DNA from: Eledone cirrhosa
Lineage: Eukaryota
Assembly: GCA_964016885.1 (NCBI GenBank)
Contig: OZ024758.1
Coordinates: 28,830,001-28,894,000 of the forward strand
DNA length: 64,000 nucleotides
Reading direction: 5' to 3'
The notes beneath the pieces were generated by a model. It saw only the letters and a list, made by a program, of their open reading frames with translations. It did not search any database and had not been told where the DNA came from. A program made the translations under genes and the position numbers. Shown here piece by piece: positions 1 to 12,913 of this stretch (position 1 is the stretch's first letter; each line of letters begins with the position of its first letter).

Positions 1-1
1 G

Positions 2-230
2 ATATACGATATTAATAAGTGGAAACTATATTTATAAAACCATATCCAGATGGCTTCCAAAATTAATGGTTGCATTTTAAAAGGGTACATCGAAGCTTAT
101 TTGTAAAACTGTTATATATTGTATTTTGTCTGATGAAGGCATACCATAATTTAATTTGGTATCCCTGAAATATGTATAATGAAATAAATATGGTTTTATA
201 AATATAGTTTCCATTTATTACTATCGTATA
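2..230. mobile_element. Palindromic non-coding element with a hammerhead motif (Penelope pLTR-like relic); same family as 22858-23140
   Basis: Arm 'tatacgatattaataagtggaaactatatttataaaaccatat' is inverted at ~188-230; the arm and internal sequence match 22858-23140. Confidence 0.65.
122..186 (+). ncRNA. Minimal type I hammerhead ribozyme motif
   Basis: tattttgt-CTGATGA-aggcatacca/tggtatccct (stem II, one C:C mismatch)-GAAA-tatgta-TA-atgaaata (stem I with two G:U pairs). Confidence 0.6.
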
Positions 231-262
231 TATATATATATATATATATATATACGATACGT

Positions 263-380
263 GAAGGTGTGTGGCTGAGTGGTTAGAGAATTGTATTCGC
301 AATCGTAAGGTTGTGAGTTCGATTCCTGGACCAGGCGATGCGTTATGTCCTTGAGCAAGACACTTTATTTCACGTTGCTC
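263..380 (+). mobile_element. tRNA-derived SINE family A, 5' part (CORE-like)
   Basis: Box A tggctgagtgg, box B gagttcgattcc, followed by the ccttgagcaagacacttta core shared with copies at 3418, 19367, 21650 and 23340. Confidence 0.8.
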
Positions 381-679
381 CTTCTACCTGGAGTTGCGAC
401 CGATAGATAGTATTAGCAATTGGAAAGACCAACGGAAACATTGTTCCCTCGGTCCGATTTGACAAAAAAGTCGATCGTCAAAGAATATATATATATATAT
501 ATATATATATAGGTGTGTGTGAGTATGTATATATATTTATATGTATGTATATATAATATATATATATATCATCATCATCTATATGTAATTATATATATGT
601 GTGTGTGTGTGTGTACGTATATTTAGCAAATCTGGTAAAATATAATCTCAAAAGCAAATATACACACTTATAGAAGATA

Positions 680-1695
680 GTGGACCTGATATCACTGCTC
701 TACACCAACACCAAAGCCCAAGTCATTACACCTGATGGGATGACAGAGTTCTTTGAGATACTGGTTGGAGTGCTCCAGGGAGATACATTGGCTCCCTACC
801 TTTTTTATCATCGTAGTGGACTATTGTATGTGCCTTGCACTGGAGAAACACCAGGATTCTGGCTTTACTGTAGCACCGGCTCAGAGCAGGAGAGTTAAGG
901 CGAAAAAGATATCGGATGCTGAATTTGCTGATGACATAGTTTTGGTGACAAATACAGTGAAGGAGGCAGAGGATTTGATGCAAGAGGGGGAGACTGTGTC
1001 GATGAGTGTGGGGCTGAGAATGAATGAGACTAAAACAAAATATCTGGTAGAGAATGTTGAGAAGCCAGAGGGGATCACTAATGTAGGCGGGAAGCCGCTA
1101 GAATTGGTTGAGCACTTCCTGTATTTGGGAGCAAAGATTGGGAATACGGAAGATGATGTGGTTGAGAGGAAGAGCAAAGCCTGGGCGGCGTGCCACAGCT
1201 TGAGATCGGTGTGGAAGTCGGACCTTTGTAAAGATCTGAAGATCCGCCTCTTCATTGCTGTAGTGGAGTCTGTGCTGCTGTACTGGTCTGAGACTTGGAC
1301 ACTGACCAAGAAACTCACTGAGATGGTGGATGGGTGCTACATGAGAATGCTGAGGATGGCTCTGAACATTAATCAGTATACACTGAGGATGAAGAACTCA
1401 GAGCTGTATGGGAGCATCCCAAAAGTCAGCTCAAAAGTGACACAGAGGAGACTGAGGTTAGCTGGACATGCTCACCGACATCCAGAGTTGACATTGCACT
1501 CAGTGCTCCTGTGAGAGCCCCTTCATGGACACACTGGAAGAGGAAGACCAAGGTTAACGTATGTTGATGCCCTAAGGACAGACACTGGTCTGTTGGAGAT
1601 GCAGGACATGGCAGCGATAATGAGGGACAGAGACCGCTGGAGAGAACTCGTCCATGGATCTCGGGAATTTTACCCGCCCTAGAAAATAGAATAGA
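680..1695 (+). mobile_element. 5'-truncated RTE-clade LINE (reverse transcriptase pseudogene)
   Basis: GVLQGDTLAPYLF, frameshift, then EFADD, FLYLG, LLYWSETWTL and RRLRLAGH, stop at 1514; 3' end recurs at 49155-49352 (-) and 48752-48925 (+). Confidence 0.9.
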
Positions 1696-2324
<629 letters not shown>

Positions 2325-2914
2325 AACTCTCATCACCACCATACTCCCCTCCCCACCAATGTCAAGCCCAACACACTACACTCCTAACACCACTATTTCC
2401 CACTGTCAGTATGGATTAGATGAGTTTGTCTCCCCATATTTGGTAACACCCTAAGAGTTCATAGTATGGGCATAGGATATAAACAAAGTGAATTGCATAA
2501 TAGAATAGGTGTGGTAGTATTGTGTCTTGGAGCATGTGTAATTGAAGACAGGTTTTGTGCCTGAATGCTCTATCTACAGATAACCATTTACATGAAGAAG
2601 TAGAAAAGAAGAAAACCATGAAAATGATAAAAGATAAATTAGTCTTGGAATAGATAACATGTTACTTGAACTTCTTTTAATATAACCCAGAATAGATAAA
2701 CTTGAAATGCTGTGTAAACTGCTCATCTATTTGAGAATAGGGGGCCACAATTTTATGTGTCAGTTTATTTTATGGGGTTGTTCAGCAGTGTAGATATATC
2801 TTTACTTCTCTGTTCTGATTTTTTTGCTGTGGTCTGTCATGGCGGTGATATTCTATAAAACAAGTCACCTTAATAACTCTGACTTTTTTCTTGTATTCTG
2901 TCATGTTTTTATGC

Positions 2915-3366
2915 TTAATTCTTTTGATACTAATCTGCCTGAAGAAGCCCCTGGTTATATGATACAAAACTGTTTGTTTTTAAGTATTTTTATTTATCTT
3001 TTAAAAAGCAAAATATTCCATCATACTTTTATATAAGAACCTTTGTTAAGTTATGTTCCAAAAACCAACTTGAAAATGAGAAAGTTATTCATATTATTAA
3101 ATGGTGTCAAATCCTTGATTAGCTTTGACACTTTTTTTTTTTTAATCATTGACAGTGTCTTTCATTAGAGATATGATAATGATGTGATTAATTATTAATA
3201 CCCTATAACATATGAAGCTGCGTTAGCAAGATATCCTATGACTGCATCACATTAAAAATTAATGTTCGCGTAATCTGTCCACCAATAAAAATGCTATAAA
3301 CATTTGAATTAACAAAGCCATTTAAAATATTTTTTGCAAGATCATTACAGGATGTTTAAGAGTTAA
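2915..3366. mobile_element. Old TTAA-bounded MITE-like element; its left end is homologous to the 53-bp satellite unit
   Basis: TTAA at both ends, weak terminal inverted similarity; 2919-2970 resembles the reverse complement of the 4597-6197 unit. Confidence 0.4.
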
Positions 3367-3417
3367 GTCCCTTTGAGGTCAGAGAAAAGTATTATCACCA
3401 GATAAAGGAAGAATTGT

Positions 3418-3680
3418 GGAGGTACATGGCCTAGTGGTAAATGTGTTGGACTTATGATCATAATGGCATGGGTTTCATTCCTGGACTGGGTTACATGTTG
3501 TGTTCTTGAGCAAAACACTTCATTTCACATTGCCTCAGTATATTCAGCTGAAAACGAGTACCAGCGATAGCTGTGGGTCTAATTCTGTAATTGATTGGTG
3601 TCCTGTCCAGCGGGGAGTCATGTACTCTCAGTCACCGGGCTAAGCACTGGCCTGATCAGTTTCCTGGCTTGAGACAGACT
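3418..3680 (+). mobile_element. SINE family A, diverged
   Basis: ggaggtacatggcctagtgg head and the ttcttgagcaaaacacttcatttcac core. Confidence 0.75.
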
Positions 3681-3772
3681 TTAGAAAGGAAGAAGTATGA
3701 CTGTAATGTGTTGTTCAGACTCCCAGATTAGAAAATTCAGTGGAAGAAAAATTCAATGATGTTTGCACAATC

Positions 3773-3774
<2 letters not shown>

Positions 3775-3817
<43 letters not shown>

Positions 3818-3890
3818 TTTACGTCCACTATTCCCTGCTTGCAAGGGTGGGACAGGTCTTATTCAGCACAGCATCTCTCCACTTGTCACT
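3775..3890 (-). mobile_element. RTE LINE 3' tail with (GAT)n
   Basis: Reverse complement of 17596-17688. Confidence 0.85.
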
Positions 3891-4372
3891 TGTCAATGTA
3901 AGTTAATAATTAAGATTATGTAAACTATATAGAATAGAAATCTAGAGCAGAGGTGGGCAACTGGTTTTTTGTTGTTGCTCTTTTAATGGGGTGGTGGGGT
4001 GCAAATTGGGAATGTTTTACATCTTGAGAGTCAAGGCAAATAAAAAGAAAATGAGTCTGTTTTTATATTACTTTAATGTTTGTTGTTGTATGTTTTTGAC
4101 AGAATAAAATAAATGTTTTTCAATAAGATAATGTTCTTTTGCTCCATTCAGTGAGGAAAGTGTAAATATTTGGTGTTTAAAATCATTCACCTGGATAAAA
4201 TATTCCCTTTTTTTTACCAAGTGAACATAAATTAACGCAATGTTCATAAAATAACGAGGAACAGTTTTAATATGAAATATAAACATTTTATATAAATAAG
4301 CAAATAGGACCATCAAATACATAAATCTGAACATAGATACACCTGTAATTCCTGAATGTCCCTATACATAAA

Positions 4373-4562
4373 TAATTGTTTCTACTTTTGGCACAAGGCC
4401 AGCAATTACCCAATGCATTACTGGTACTTTATTCTATCGACCCCGGAAGGATGAAAGGCAAAGTTAACCTTGGCGGGATTTGAACTCAGATCATACAGGG
4501 AGGTAACTCTATGCTTCAAAGCATGGCATCCGACCCTCTACCGATACTGCCAATCCACCGCC
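4373..4562 (-). mobile_element. SINE family B (tRNA head, gcctttcatcctt..gggtcgataaa central domain, Nin/Deu-like)
   Basis: Near-identical to copies at 15229, 16640, 17086 and 50209; target-site duplication tacataaataat. Confidence 0.85.
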
Positions 4563-4596
4563 TTTACATAAATAATACACTCCAAAAACAAAGTGA

Positions 4597-6197
4597 GAGA
4601 GGTTTTGTATGATAGAACCAGAAGCTGTCTCAGGTAGGTTGGTGTTTAAAGAGAGTTTTGTTTGATAGAACCAGAAGCTGTCTCAGGTAGGTTGGTGTTT
4701 AAAGAGAGTTTTGTTTGATAGAACCAGAAGCTGTCTCAGGTAGGTTGGTGTTTAAAGAGAGTTTTGTATGATAGAACCAGAAGCTGTCTCAGGTAGGTTG
4801 GTGTTTAAAGAGAGTTTTGTTTGATAGAACCAGAAGCTGTCTCAGGTAGGTTGGTGTTTAAAGAGAGTTTTGTATGATAGAACCAGAAGCTGTCTCAGGT
4901 AGGTTGGTGTTTAAAGAGAGTTTTGTATGATAGAACCAGAAGCTGTCTCAGGTAGGTTGGTGTTTAAAGAGAGTTTTGTTTGATAGAACCAGAAGCTGTC
5001 TCAGGTAGGTTGGTGTTTAAAGAGAGTTTTGTATGATAGAACCAGAAGCTGTCTCAGGTAGGTTGGTGTTTAAAGAGAGTTTTGTATGATAGAACCAGAA
5101 GCTGTCTCAGGTAGGTTGGTGTTTAAAGAGAGTTTTGTATGATAGAACCAGAAGCTGTCTCAGGTAGGTTGGTGTTTAAAGAGAGTTTTGTATGATAGAA
5201 CCAGAAGCTGTCTCAGGTAGGTTGGTGTTTAAAGAGAGTTTTGTTTGATAGAACCAGAAGCTGTCTCAGGTAGGTTGGTGTTTAAAGAGAGTTTTGTATG
5301 ATAGAACCAGAAGCTGTCTCAGGTAGGTTGGTGTTTAAAGAGAGTTTTGTATGATAGAACCAGAAGCTGTCTCAGGTAGGTTGGTGTTTAAAGAGAGTTT
5401 TGTATGATAGAACCAGAAGCTGTCTCAGGTAGGTTGGTGTTTAAAGAGAGTTTTGTATGATAGAACCAGAAGCTGTCTCAGGTAGGTTGGTGTTTAAAGA
5501 GAGTTTTGTATGATAGAACCAGAAGCTGTCTCAGGTAGGTTGGTGTTTAAAGAGAGTTTTGTATGATAGAACCAGAAGCTGTCTCAGGTAGGTTGGTGTT
5601 TAAAGAGAGTTTTGTATGATAGAACCAGAAGCTGTCTCAGGTAGGTTGGTGTTTAAAGAGAGTTTTGTTTGATAGAACCAGAAGCTGTCTCAGGTAGGTT
5701 GGTGTTTAAAGAGAGTTTTGTATGATAGAACCAGAAGCTGTCTCAGGTAGGTTGGTGTTTAAAGAGAGTTTTGTATGATAGAACCAGAAGCTGTCTCAGG
5801 TAGGTTGGTGTTTAAAGAGAGTTTTGTATGATAGAACCAGAAGCTGTCTCAGGTAGGTTGGTGTTTAAAGAGAGTTTTGTATGATAGAACCAGAAGCTGT
5901 CTCAGGTAGGTTGGTGTTTAAAGAGAGTTTTGTATGATAGAACCAGAAGCTGTCTCAGGTAGGTTGGTGTTTAAAGAGAGTTTTGTATGATAGAACCAGA
6001 AGCTGTCTCAGGTAGGTTGGTGTTTAAAGAGAGTTTTGTATGATAGAACCAGAAGCTGTCTCAGGTAGGTTGGTGTTTAAAGAGAGTTTTGTATGATAGA
6101 ACCAGAAGCTGTCTCAGGTAGGTTGGTGTTTAAAGAGAGTTTTGTATGATAGAACCAGAAGCTGTCTCAGGTAGGTTGGTGTTTAAAGAGAGTTTTG
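4597..6197. repeat. 53-bp minisatellite, ~30 near-identical copies
   Basis: Unit gagagttttgtWtgatagaaccagaagctgtctcaggtaggttggtgtttaaa; period 53 (4651 to 4704). Confidence 0.97.
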
Positions 6198-6276
6198 CAG
6201 GAATTGTTGGCTGAAACTATTATCAACTCCATGAACATATCTAATCAAGATGGATATTCTCAATGTTTTAACCCCA

Positions 6277-6600
6277 TTGTGTTCTTGAGCAAAACACTTT
6301 ATTTCATGTTACTCCAGTTCACTCAGCTGAAGAAATGAGTTGTGATATGACTGGTACCAAGCTGTATCAGTCATTGCCTTTCCCTTGGCCATTGGTGGTG
6401 TGGAGAGGGAGACTGGCATGTATGGGTGACTGCTGGTCTTCCACAAACACACCTTGTCCAGACTCATGCATCAAAGGGGAGCTTTCTAAGGTGCAAAACC
6501 CATGCCCATTCCTGATGGAAGGGTGACTACACACAAAGAACAGTTTCTTGTGTTGGACCAGATCAGTGGCATAGAGAGGGGAGACTAGCATGCGTGGACA
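6277..6600 (+). mobile_element. Headless SINE family A variant with a different 3' part
   Basis: tgtgttcttgagcaaaacactttatttca...ccagttcactcagctg core. Confidence 0.6.
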
Positions 6601-6859
6601 ACTGCTGCTTAAGGTCTCTGAAGTAGACAAACAATAACATTCCAGCTTAAGAATGCAATTTAATAGTCAACATCAGAAGCATTACTCAGATTTTTTAATG
6701 ATAAAATTAGGTTGAATTTTGGTTAAATCTGTGTCAAACTAGATTATGAATAAGTTACTCTAACCTATATCCCTGCTTATAAATGATATGTTTACACTAG
6801 GAATGGTTTGAAAAATGCTTTGTTTTGAAAGGAAATACTGAAATATATTTTTGTATTTA

Positions 6860-8915
6860 CATTTATGGTTATATGTGTATATATGTTTATAGGTGTGTAT
6901 ATATATATGTATATACGTCTATGTGTGTATATATGTATATATGTTTAAAAGTGTGTATATATGTATATATGTGTATATATGTGTATATATGTGTTTATAA
7001 GTGTATATATGTGTATATATGTGTATATATGTTTATAGGTGTGTATATATATGTATATATGTGTATGTGTGTATATATGTGTATATATGTTTAAAAGTGT
7101 ATATATATGTATATATGTGTATGTGTGTATATATGTGTATATGTGTTTATAAGTGTATATATATGTGTATATGTGTTTATATGTGTATATATGTGTATAT
7201 ATGTTTATAGGTGTGTATATATATGTGTATATATATTGTCAAAGACAATGACACACGACCGTGACTTCTGGCGTCACGCAGTAATACAGGGTACCCGACC
7301 TCCCATGGGTACATGCTGAAGCATATAAACAATATGCCCCCACACCCCCCACCGCAAGGAGGTCGTGGAGGTGCCACGGCAAAAAAGCACCCAGCCCGCA
7401 CTGTAAAGTGGACGTGTAGGCGCCACGAAAAAGCACCCACCACTCATTGTAAATGAGGTTGGTGTTAGGAAGGGCATCCAGCTGTAGAAATCAAGCCAGA
7501 TCAGTTCCTGTATGAGCAAGGCATGGTCAGCCGACCAGACACTGCCCACAACAGGACAACCCGTCTAACCCATGCTAGCGTGGAAGAACGGACGTAAAAC
7601 GGTGATGATGATGATGATGATGATATGTGTATATATGTTTAAAAGTGTATGTATATATATGTGTATATGTGTTTATATGTGTATATATGTGTTTATAAGT
7701 GTATATATGTGTATATATGTGTATATATGTTTATAGGTGTGTATATATATGTATATATGTGTATATATGTTTATAGGTGTGTATATATATGTATATATGT
7801 GTATATATATGTGTATATATGTTTAAAAGTGTATATATATGTATATATGTGTATGTGTGTATATATGTGTATATATGTTTAAAAGTGTATGTATATATGT
7901 GTATGTGTGTATATATGTGTATATGTGTTTATAATTGTATATATGTGTATATATGTTTATAAGTGTATATATGTGTATATGTGTTTATAAGTGTATATAT
8001 ATGTGTATATGTGTTTATAAGTGTATATATGTGTATATGTGTTTATAAGTGTATATATATGTGTATATGTATTTATATGTGTATATATGTATATGTGTTT
8101 ATAAGTGTATATATGTGTATATGTGTTTATATATGTATATGTGTTTATAAGTGTATATGTGTTTATAAGTGTATATATATATGTGTATATGTGTTTATAT
8201 GTGTATATATGTATATGTGTTTATAAGTGTATATATGTGTATATGTGTTTATATATGTATATGTGTTTATAAGTGTATATGTGTTTATAAGTGTATATAT
8301 ATATGTATATATGTTTATAAGTGTATATATGTGTATATGTGTTTATATGTGTATATATGTTTATAAGTGTATATATGTGTATATGTGTTTATATGTGTAT
8401 ATGTGTTTATAAGTGTATATATGTGTATATATGTGTATATGTGTTTATATGTGTATATATGTGTATGCGTTTATAAGTGTATATGTGTATATGTGTTTAT
8501 ATGTGTTTATATGTGTTTATAAGTGTATATGTGTATATCTGTTTATATGTGTATATATGTGTATATATGTTTATATATGTTTATAAGTGTATATATATGT
8601 GTATATGTGTTTATATGTGTATATATGTGTATATATGTTTATAAGTGTATATATATGTGTATATGTGTTTATATGTGTTTATATGTGTATATATGTGTTT
8701 ATAAGTGTATATATGTGTTTATAAGTGTATATATGTATATGTGTTTATATGTGTATATGTGTTTATAAGTGTATATATGTGTATATATGTGTATATGTGT
8801 TTATATGTGTATATATGTACATGTGTTTATAAGTGTATATATGTGTATATATGTGTATATGTGTTTATATGTGTATATATGTGTATGTGTTTATAAGTGT
8901 ATATGTGTATATGTG
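6860..8915. repeat. Degenerate TA/TG low-complexity tract, interrupted by an RTE 3' end at 7238-7622
   Basis: Direct inspection. Confidence 0.95.
7238..7622 (+). mobile_element. RTE-family 3' end: ORF tail, two 48-bp units, aggaagggcatcc module, (GAT)n
   Basis: Encodes ..MTHDRDFWRHAV; same layout on the minus strand at 22037-22770 and partly at 35305-37850. Confidence 0.75.
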
Positions 8916-8939
8916 TCCATTCAAGTGTAACTGTGTTTC

Positions 8940-9080
8940 TTTCTTAGCAAGTTCTCACCAGAACAATTTATCATGAGTTGAGTCAGCAGTTTATTGTAAG
9001 ATTCTAATTGTATCGACCTCTCTCTCATAGGTTTGTGTTTGAGTCTGTAGCAGTGGAGAACTCCGGGGTTGTTGGTCACC
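8940..9080 (+). pseudogene. Relic of a CRE-like retrotransposon restriction-like endonuclease (RLE) region
   Basis: YRPLSHRFVFESVAVENSGVVG matches the KY..L...F.F.PVAVET.GV.GP motif also seen at 27838-27910. Confidence 0.5.
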
Positions 9081-9098
9081 ATAAAATCAGAATCACAG

Positions 9099-9400
9099 TT
9101 GGTGGTGGTGGTGAGGGTGGTGGTGGTGAGGGTGGTGGTGGTGAGGGTGGTGGTGAGGGTGGTGGTGGTGGTGAGTGTGGTGGTGGTGATGGTGTTGGTG
9201 TTGGTGGTGGTGATGGTGTTGGTGGTTGTGGTGGTGAGTGTGGTGGTGGTGATGGTGTTGGTGTTGGTGGTGGTGATGGTGTTGGTGGTTGTGGTGGTGA
9301 GTGTGGTGGTGGTGTTGGTGGTTGTGGTGGTGATGGTGGTGGTGTTGTTGGTGGTGGTGGTGAGGGTGGTGGTGGTGGTGGTGAGGGTGGTGGTGAGGAG
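9099..9400. repeat. (GGT)n-rich microsatellite
   Basis: Direct inspection. Confidence 0.97.
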
Positions 9401-10159
9401 GAGAAAAATAAAAACAATAAATCTTTCTAATGTGAGAAGGGAGTGAGGTGGGGGTCTGATGATGATGATGATGTGGAGGAGGAGAAGGAGGAGGAGGAAA
9501 ACAAAAACAAAACATCTAATGTGAGAAGGGAGAGGATATGTGTTGCTTTAAATTAGGCAATTATGGTTTCACTCTCTCATTTAGTAAGATGTCTTTCTTA
9601 ACATATGTAAACCAAATTAATTTTTAGATGCTGAATGAAATTAAAAATGAATGTTCTTCCTTTTAAGTCTTGAATCAGGATTGGGGGGGGGGGGGATCTA
9701 GTATTCTATCTGCACTGAATTGTTGGAGTCACTACTATAAAGACCTTCTTTTCATGAAGGATTTTAAAAGTGGAATACACTTGAATGGTTCCAACTGCCC
9801 TCCTTATTCTGAGAGAAGAATTTGAACTCAGCACTGCAAATATGATCATTTTATGTTCACCTCCTGTGTTGGCATTGGTTTCACAGGTTCTTAAAGTCCA
9901 AATCAATTCTTATTTGGAGTCCCCCCCCCCTCCTAGACAAGTCAGAGGAACACATCTCACTCATATATTCCAATGTTTGGCATGATTTCTATGCATGGAT
10001 ATCCTAACTAACATTAACCATTTACAGAGTGTACTGGGTGCATTTTATTGTGACACCAGCTCTAGGTCTAAGCTACACAACAATAACACAAGATATCAAT
10101 GAACTCTGCTAAAAGCACTCAAGAGCCAGATAATAGTGTTAAACTGGATGACAAGTTAA

Positions 10160-10351
10160 CCCCTTAGCATTTAAACCAACCATATCCGGCCAGAATTTTT
10201 TTACATCTTTCCGTAACCAGCCACTCATACTGATGTTAAATCATTGTTCTCAAAATAAATAATATCAAAATCTCATAGATTCGATATTATATGAGATAAT
10301 TATGTGAGGTAAAGCCGTTACCATGAAAATATAATAGTAAATACTAAAGGG
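10160..10351 (+). mobile_element. piggyBac-type MITE, diverged copy
   Basis: TTAA|ccccttag ... ctaaaggg; internal sequence shared with 12184-12403. Confidence 0.7.
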
Positions 10352-10539
10352 TGTGTTCCAACTTCAAATTCTATGTAAATAAGGTTCAGATTTTTGTCCA
10401 TTTCTCAAACATAAAGTAGTGGGGTCAGCTTATATTTGAGTATATAGGGTACTTTTTATATTGCAAATATTACATAATTTACTTGAAGTAGTTGATAAAG
10501 GTTTGGCCGGAAAGGAAAAGCTCAGTCTTCAAATGTTTT

Positions 10540-12083
10540 CAACTTCCTTCACTACATCACACAACTTCCTTCACTACACCACACAACTTCCTTCACTACA
10601 CCACACAACTTCCTTCACTACACCACACAACTTCCTTCACTACACCACACAACTTCCTTCACTACACCACACAACTTCCTTCACTACACCACACAACTTC
10701 CTTCACTACACCACACAACTTCCTTCACTACATCACACAACTTCCTTCACTACACCACACAACTTCCTTCACTACACCACACAACTTCCTTCACTACATC
10801 ACACAACTTCCTTCACTACACCACACAACTTCCTTCACTACACCACACAACTTCCTTCACTACACCACACAACTTCCTTCACTACACCACACAACTTCCT
10901 TCACTACACCACACAACTTCCTTCACTACACCACACAACTTCCTTCACTACACCACACAACTTCCTTCACTACACCACACAACTTCCTTCACTACACCAC
11001 ACAAATTCCTTCACTACACCATACGACTTCCTTCACTACACCACACAACTTCCTTCACTGCACCACACAACTTCCTTCACTACACCACACAACTTCCTTC
11101 ACTACACCATACGACTTCCTTCACTACACCACACAACTTCCTTCACTACACCACACAACTTCCTTCACTACATCACACAACTTCCTTCACTACACCACAC
11201 AACTTCCTTCACTACACCACACAACTTCCTTCACTACACCACACAACTTCCTTCACTACACCACACAACTTCCTTCACTACACCACACAACTTCCTTCAC
11301 TACACCACACAACTTCCTTCACTACACCACACAACTTCCTTCACTACATCACACAACTTCCTTCACTACACCACACAACTTCCTTCACTACACCACACAA
11401 CTTCCTTCACTACACAACTTCCTTCACTACACCACACAACTTCCTTCACTACACAACTTCCTTCACTACACCACACAACTTCCTTCACTACACCACACAA
11501 CTTCCTTCACTACATCACACAACTTCCTTCACTACACCACACAACTTCCTTCACTACACCACACAACTTCCTTCACTACACCACACAACTTCCTTCACTA
11601 CACCACACAACTTCCTTCACTACACCACACAACTTCCTTCACTACACCACACAACTTCCTTCACTACACCACACAACTTCCTTCACTACATCACACAACT
11701 TCCTTCACTACACCACACAACTTCCTTCACTACACCACACAACTTCCTTCACTACACCACACAACTTCCTTCACTACATCACACAACTTCCTTCACTACA
11801 CCACACAACTTCCTTCACTACACCACACAACTTCCTTCACTACACCACACAACTTCCTTCACTACATCACACAACTTCCTTCACTACACCACACAACTTC
11901 CTTCACTACACCACACAACTTCCTTCACTACACCACACAACTTCCTTCACTACACCACACAACTTCCTTCACTACATCACACAACTTCCTTCACTACACC
12001 ACACAACTTCCTTCACTACACCACACAACTTCCTTCACTACACCACACAACTTCCTTCACTACACCACACAACTCCCTTCACC
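10540..12083. repeat. 22-bp minisatellite, ~70 copies
   Basis: Unit caacttccttcactacaccaca. Confidence 0.97.
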
Positions 12084-12183
12084 ATAGTCACCAAACATTG
12101 TTGTTCATTTTTTTCTTTTTAAAAGAAGATTTATTTAAAGGGAAACTACCAAAACTTGCTGTAAGACTTTTACTACTCTTTAA

Positions 12184-12403
12184 CCCTTTAATGTTCAAAC
12201 CGGCCCAAACCGGCCAGAATTCTCTACCTCTTTCTGTTGAAACTGGCTGTAACTGGTCACTCATACTAATGTTATGATATTGTTCTCAAAATAAATACTT
12301 TCAAAATCTCATAGATTCGATATTATGGGAGATATTTATGTGAGGTAAAGCCTTTACCATGAAAATATAATAGTAAATATAGAGTAATGTGAATACTAAA
12401 GAG
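12184..12403 (+). mobile_element. piggyBac-type MITE (~220 bp)
   Basis: TTAA target-site duplication on both sides; termini cccttta../..taaagag. Confidence 0.8.
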
Positions 12404-12476
12404 TTAAATAATTTAATATCTCTACAATAGTTAGTGGTAGCTTCACTCTACTATACATAGTTCATATAAGAAGACT

Positions 12477-12770
12477 GTGTGTATGTGTGTGTGTGTATGT
12501 CTATATGTCAGTGTGTGCATATGTGTGCTGTGTGCATGTATGTGTGTGTATACATATGTGTGTGTGTGTGTATGTGCGTGTATACATATACATATGTGTG
12601 TGTATATGTGTGAATGTGTATATATGTTTACATATATGTGTGTGTGTTTCTACATGTGTGTATGTGTGAATGTGTATATATGTGTATATATGTTTACATA
12701 TATGTGTGTGTGTTTCTACATGTGTGTGCATATGTGTATGTATGCATGTGTGTATGTGTATGTGAGTGTA
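12477..12770. repeat. TG/TA microsatellite
   Basis: Direct inspection. Confidence 0.95.
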
Positions 12771-12913
12771 TCCGAGTAGTTATATCCTGGTGAACAGGAA
12801 TAATATTTCTCCATATGTTTATAAATATATGCACATCATGTAGGAGTGTTACTTTTACACTGGGAAACATTTTCAAATTTCTAGAAATAACCCAACATTT
12901 AATTTGATATAAA

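Noticed and set aside
263-335. tRNA genes at SINE heads
   Set aside because: Box A/B are present, but they continue into SINE bodies repeated many times, and I see no convincing acceptor stem.
4597-6197. CRISPR-like regular array (also considered for the other arrays)
   Set aside because: No unique spacers, no cas genes, eukaryotic context.
9008-9515. Gly-, Pro- or His-rich ORFs (also at 15693-16684 and 26086-27455)
   Set aside because: Products of GGT/CAC microsatellites that are open in most frames.
9706-9985. Short non-repetitive ORFs as possible host exons
   Set aside because: No recognisable domain or convincing splice context; cannot be excluded without RNA-seq or BLASTX.
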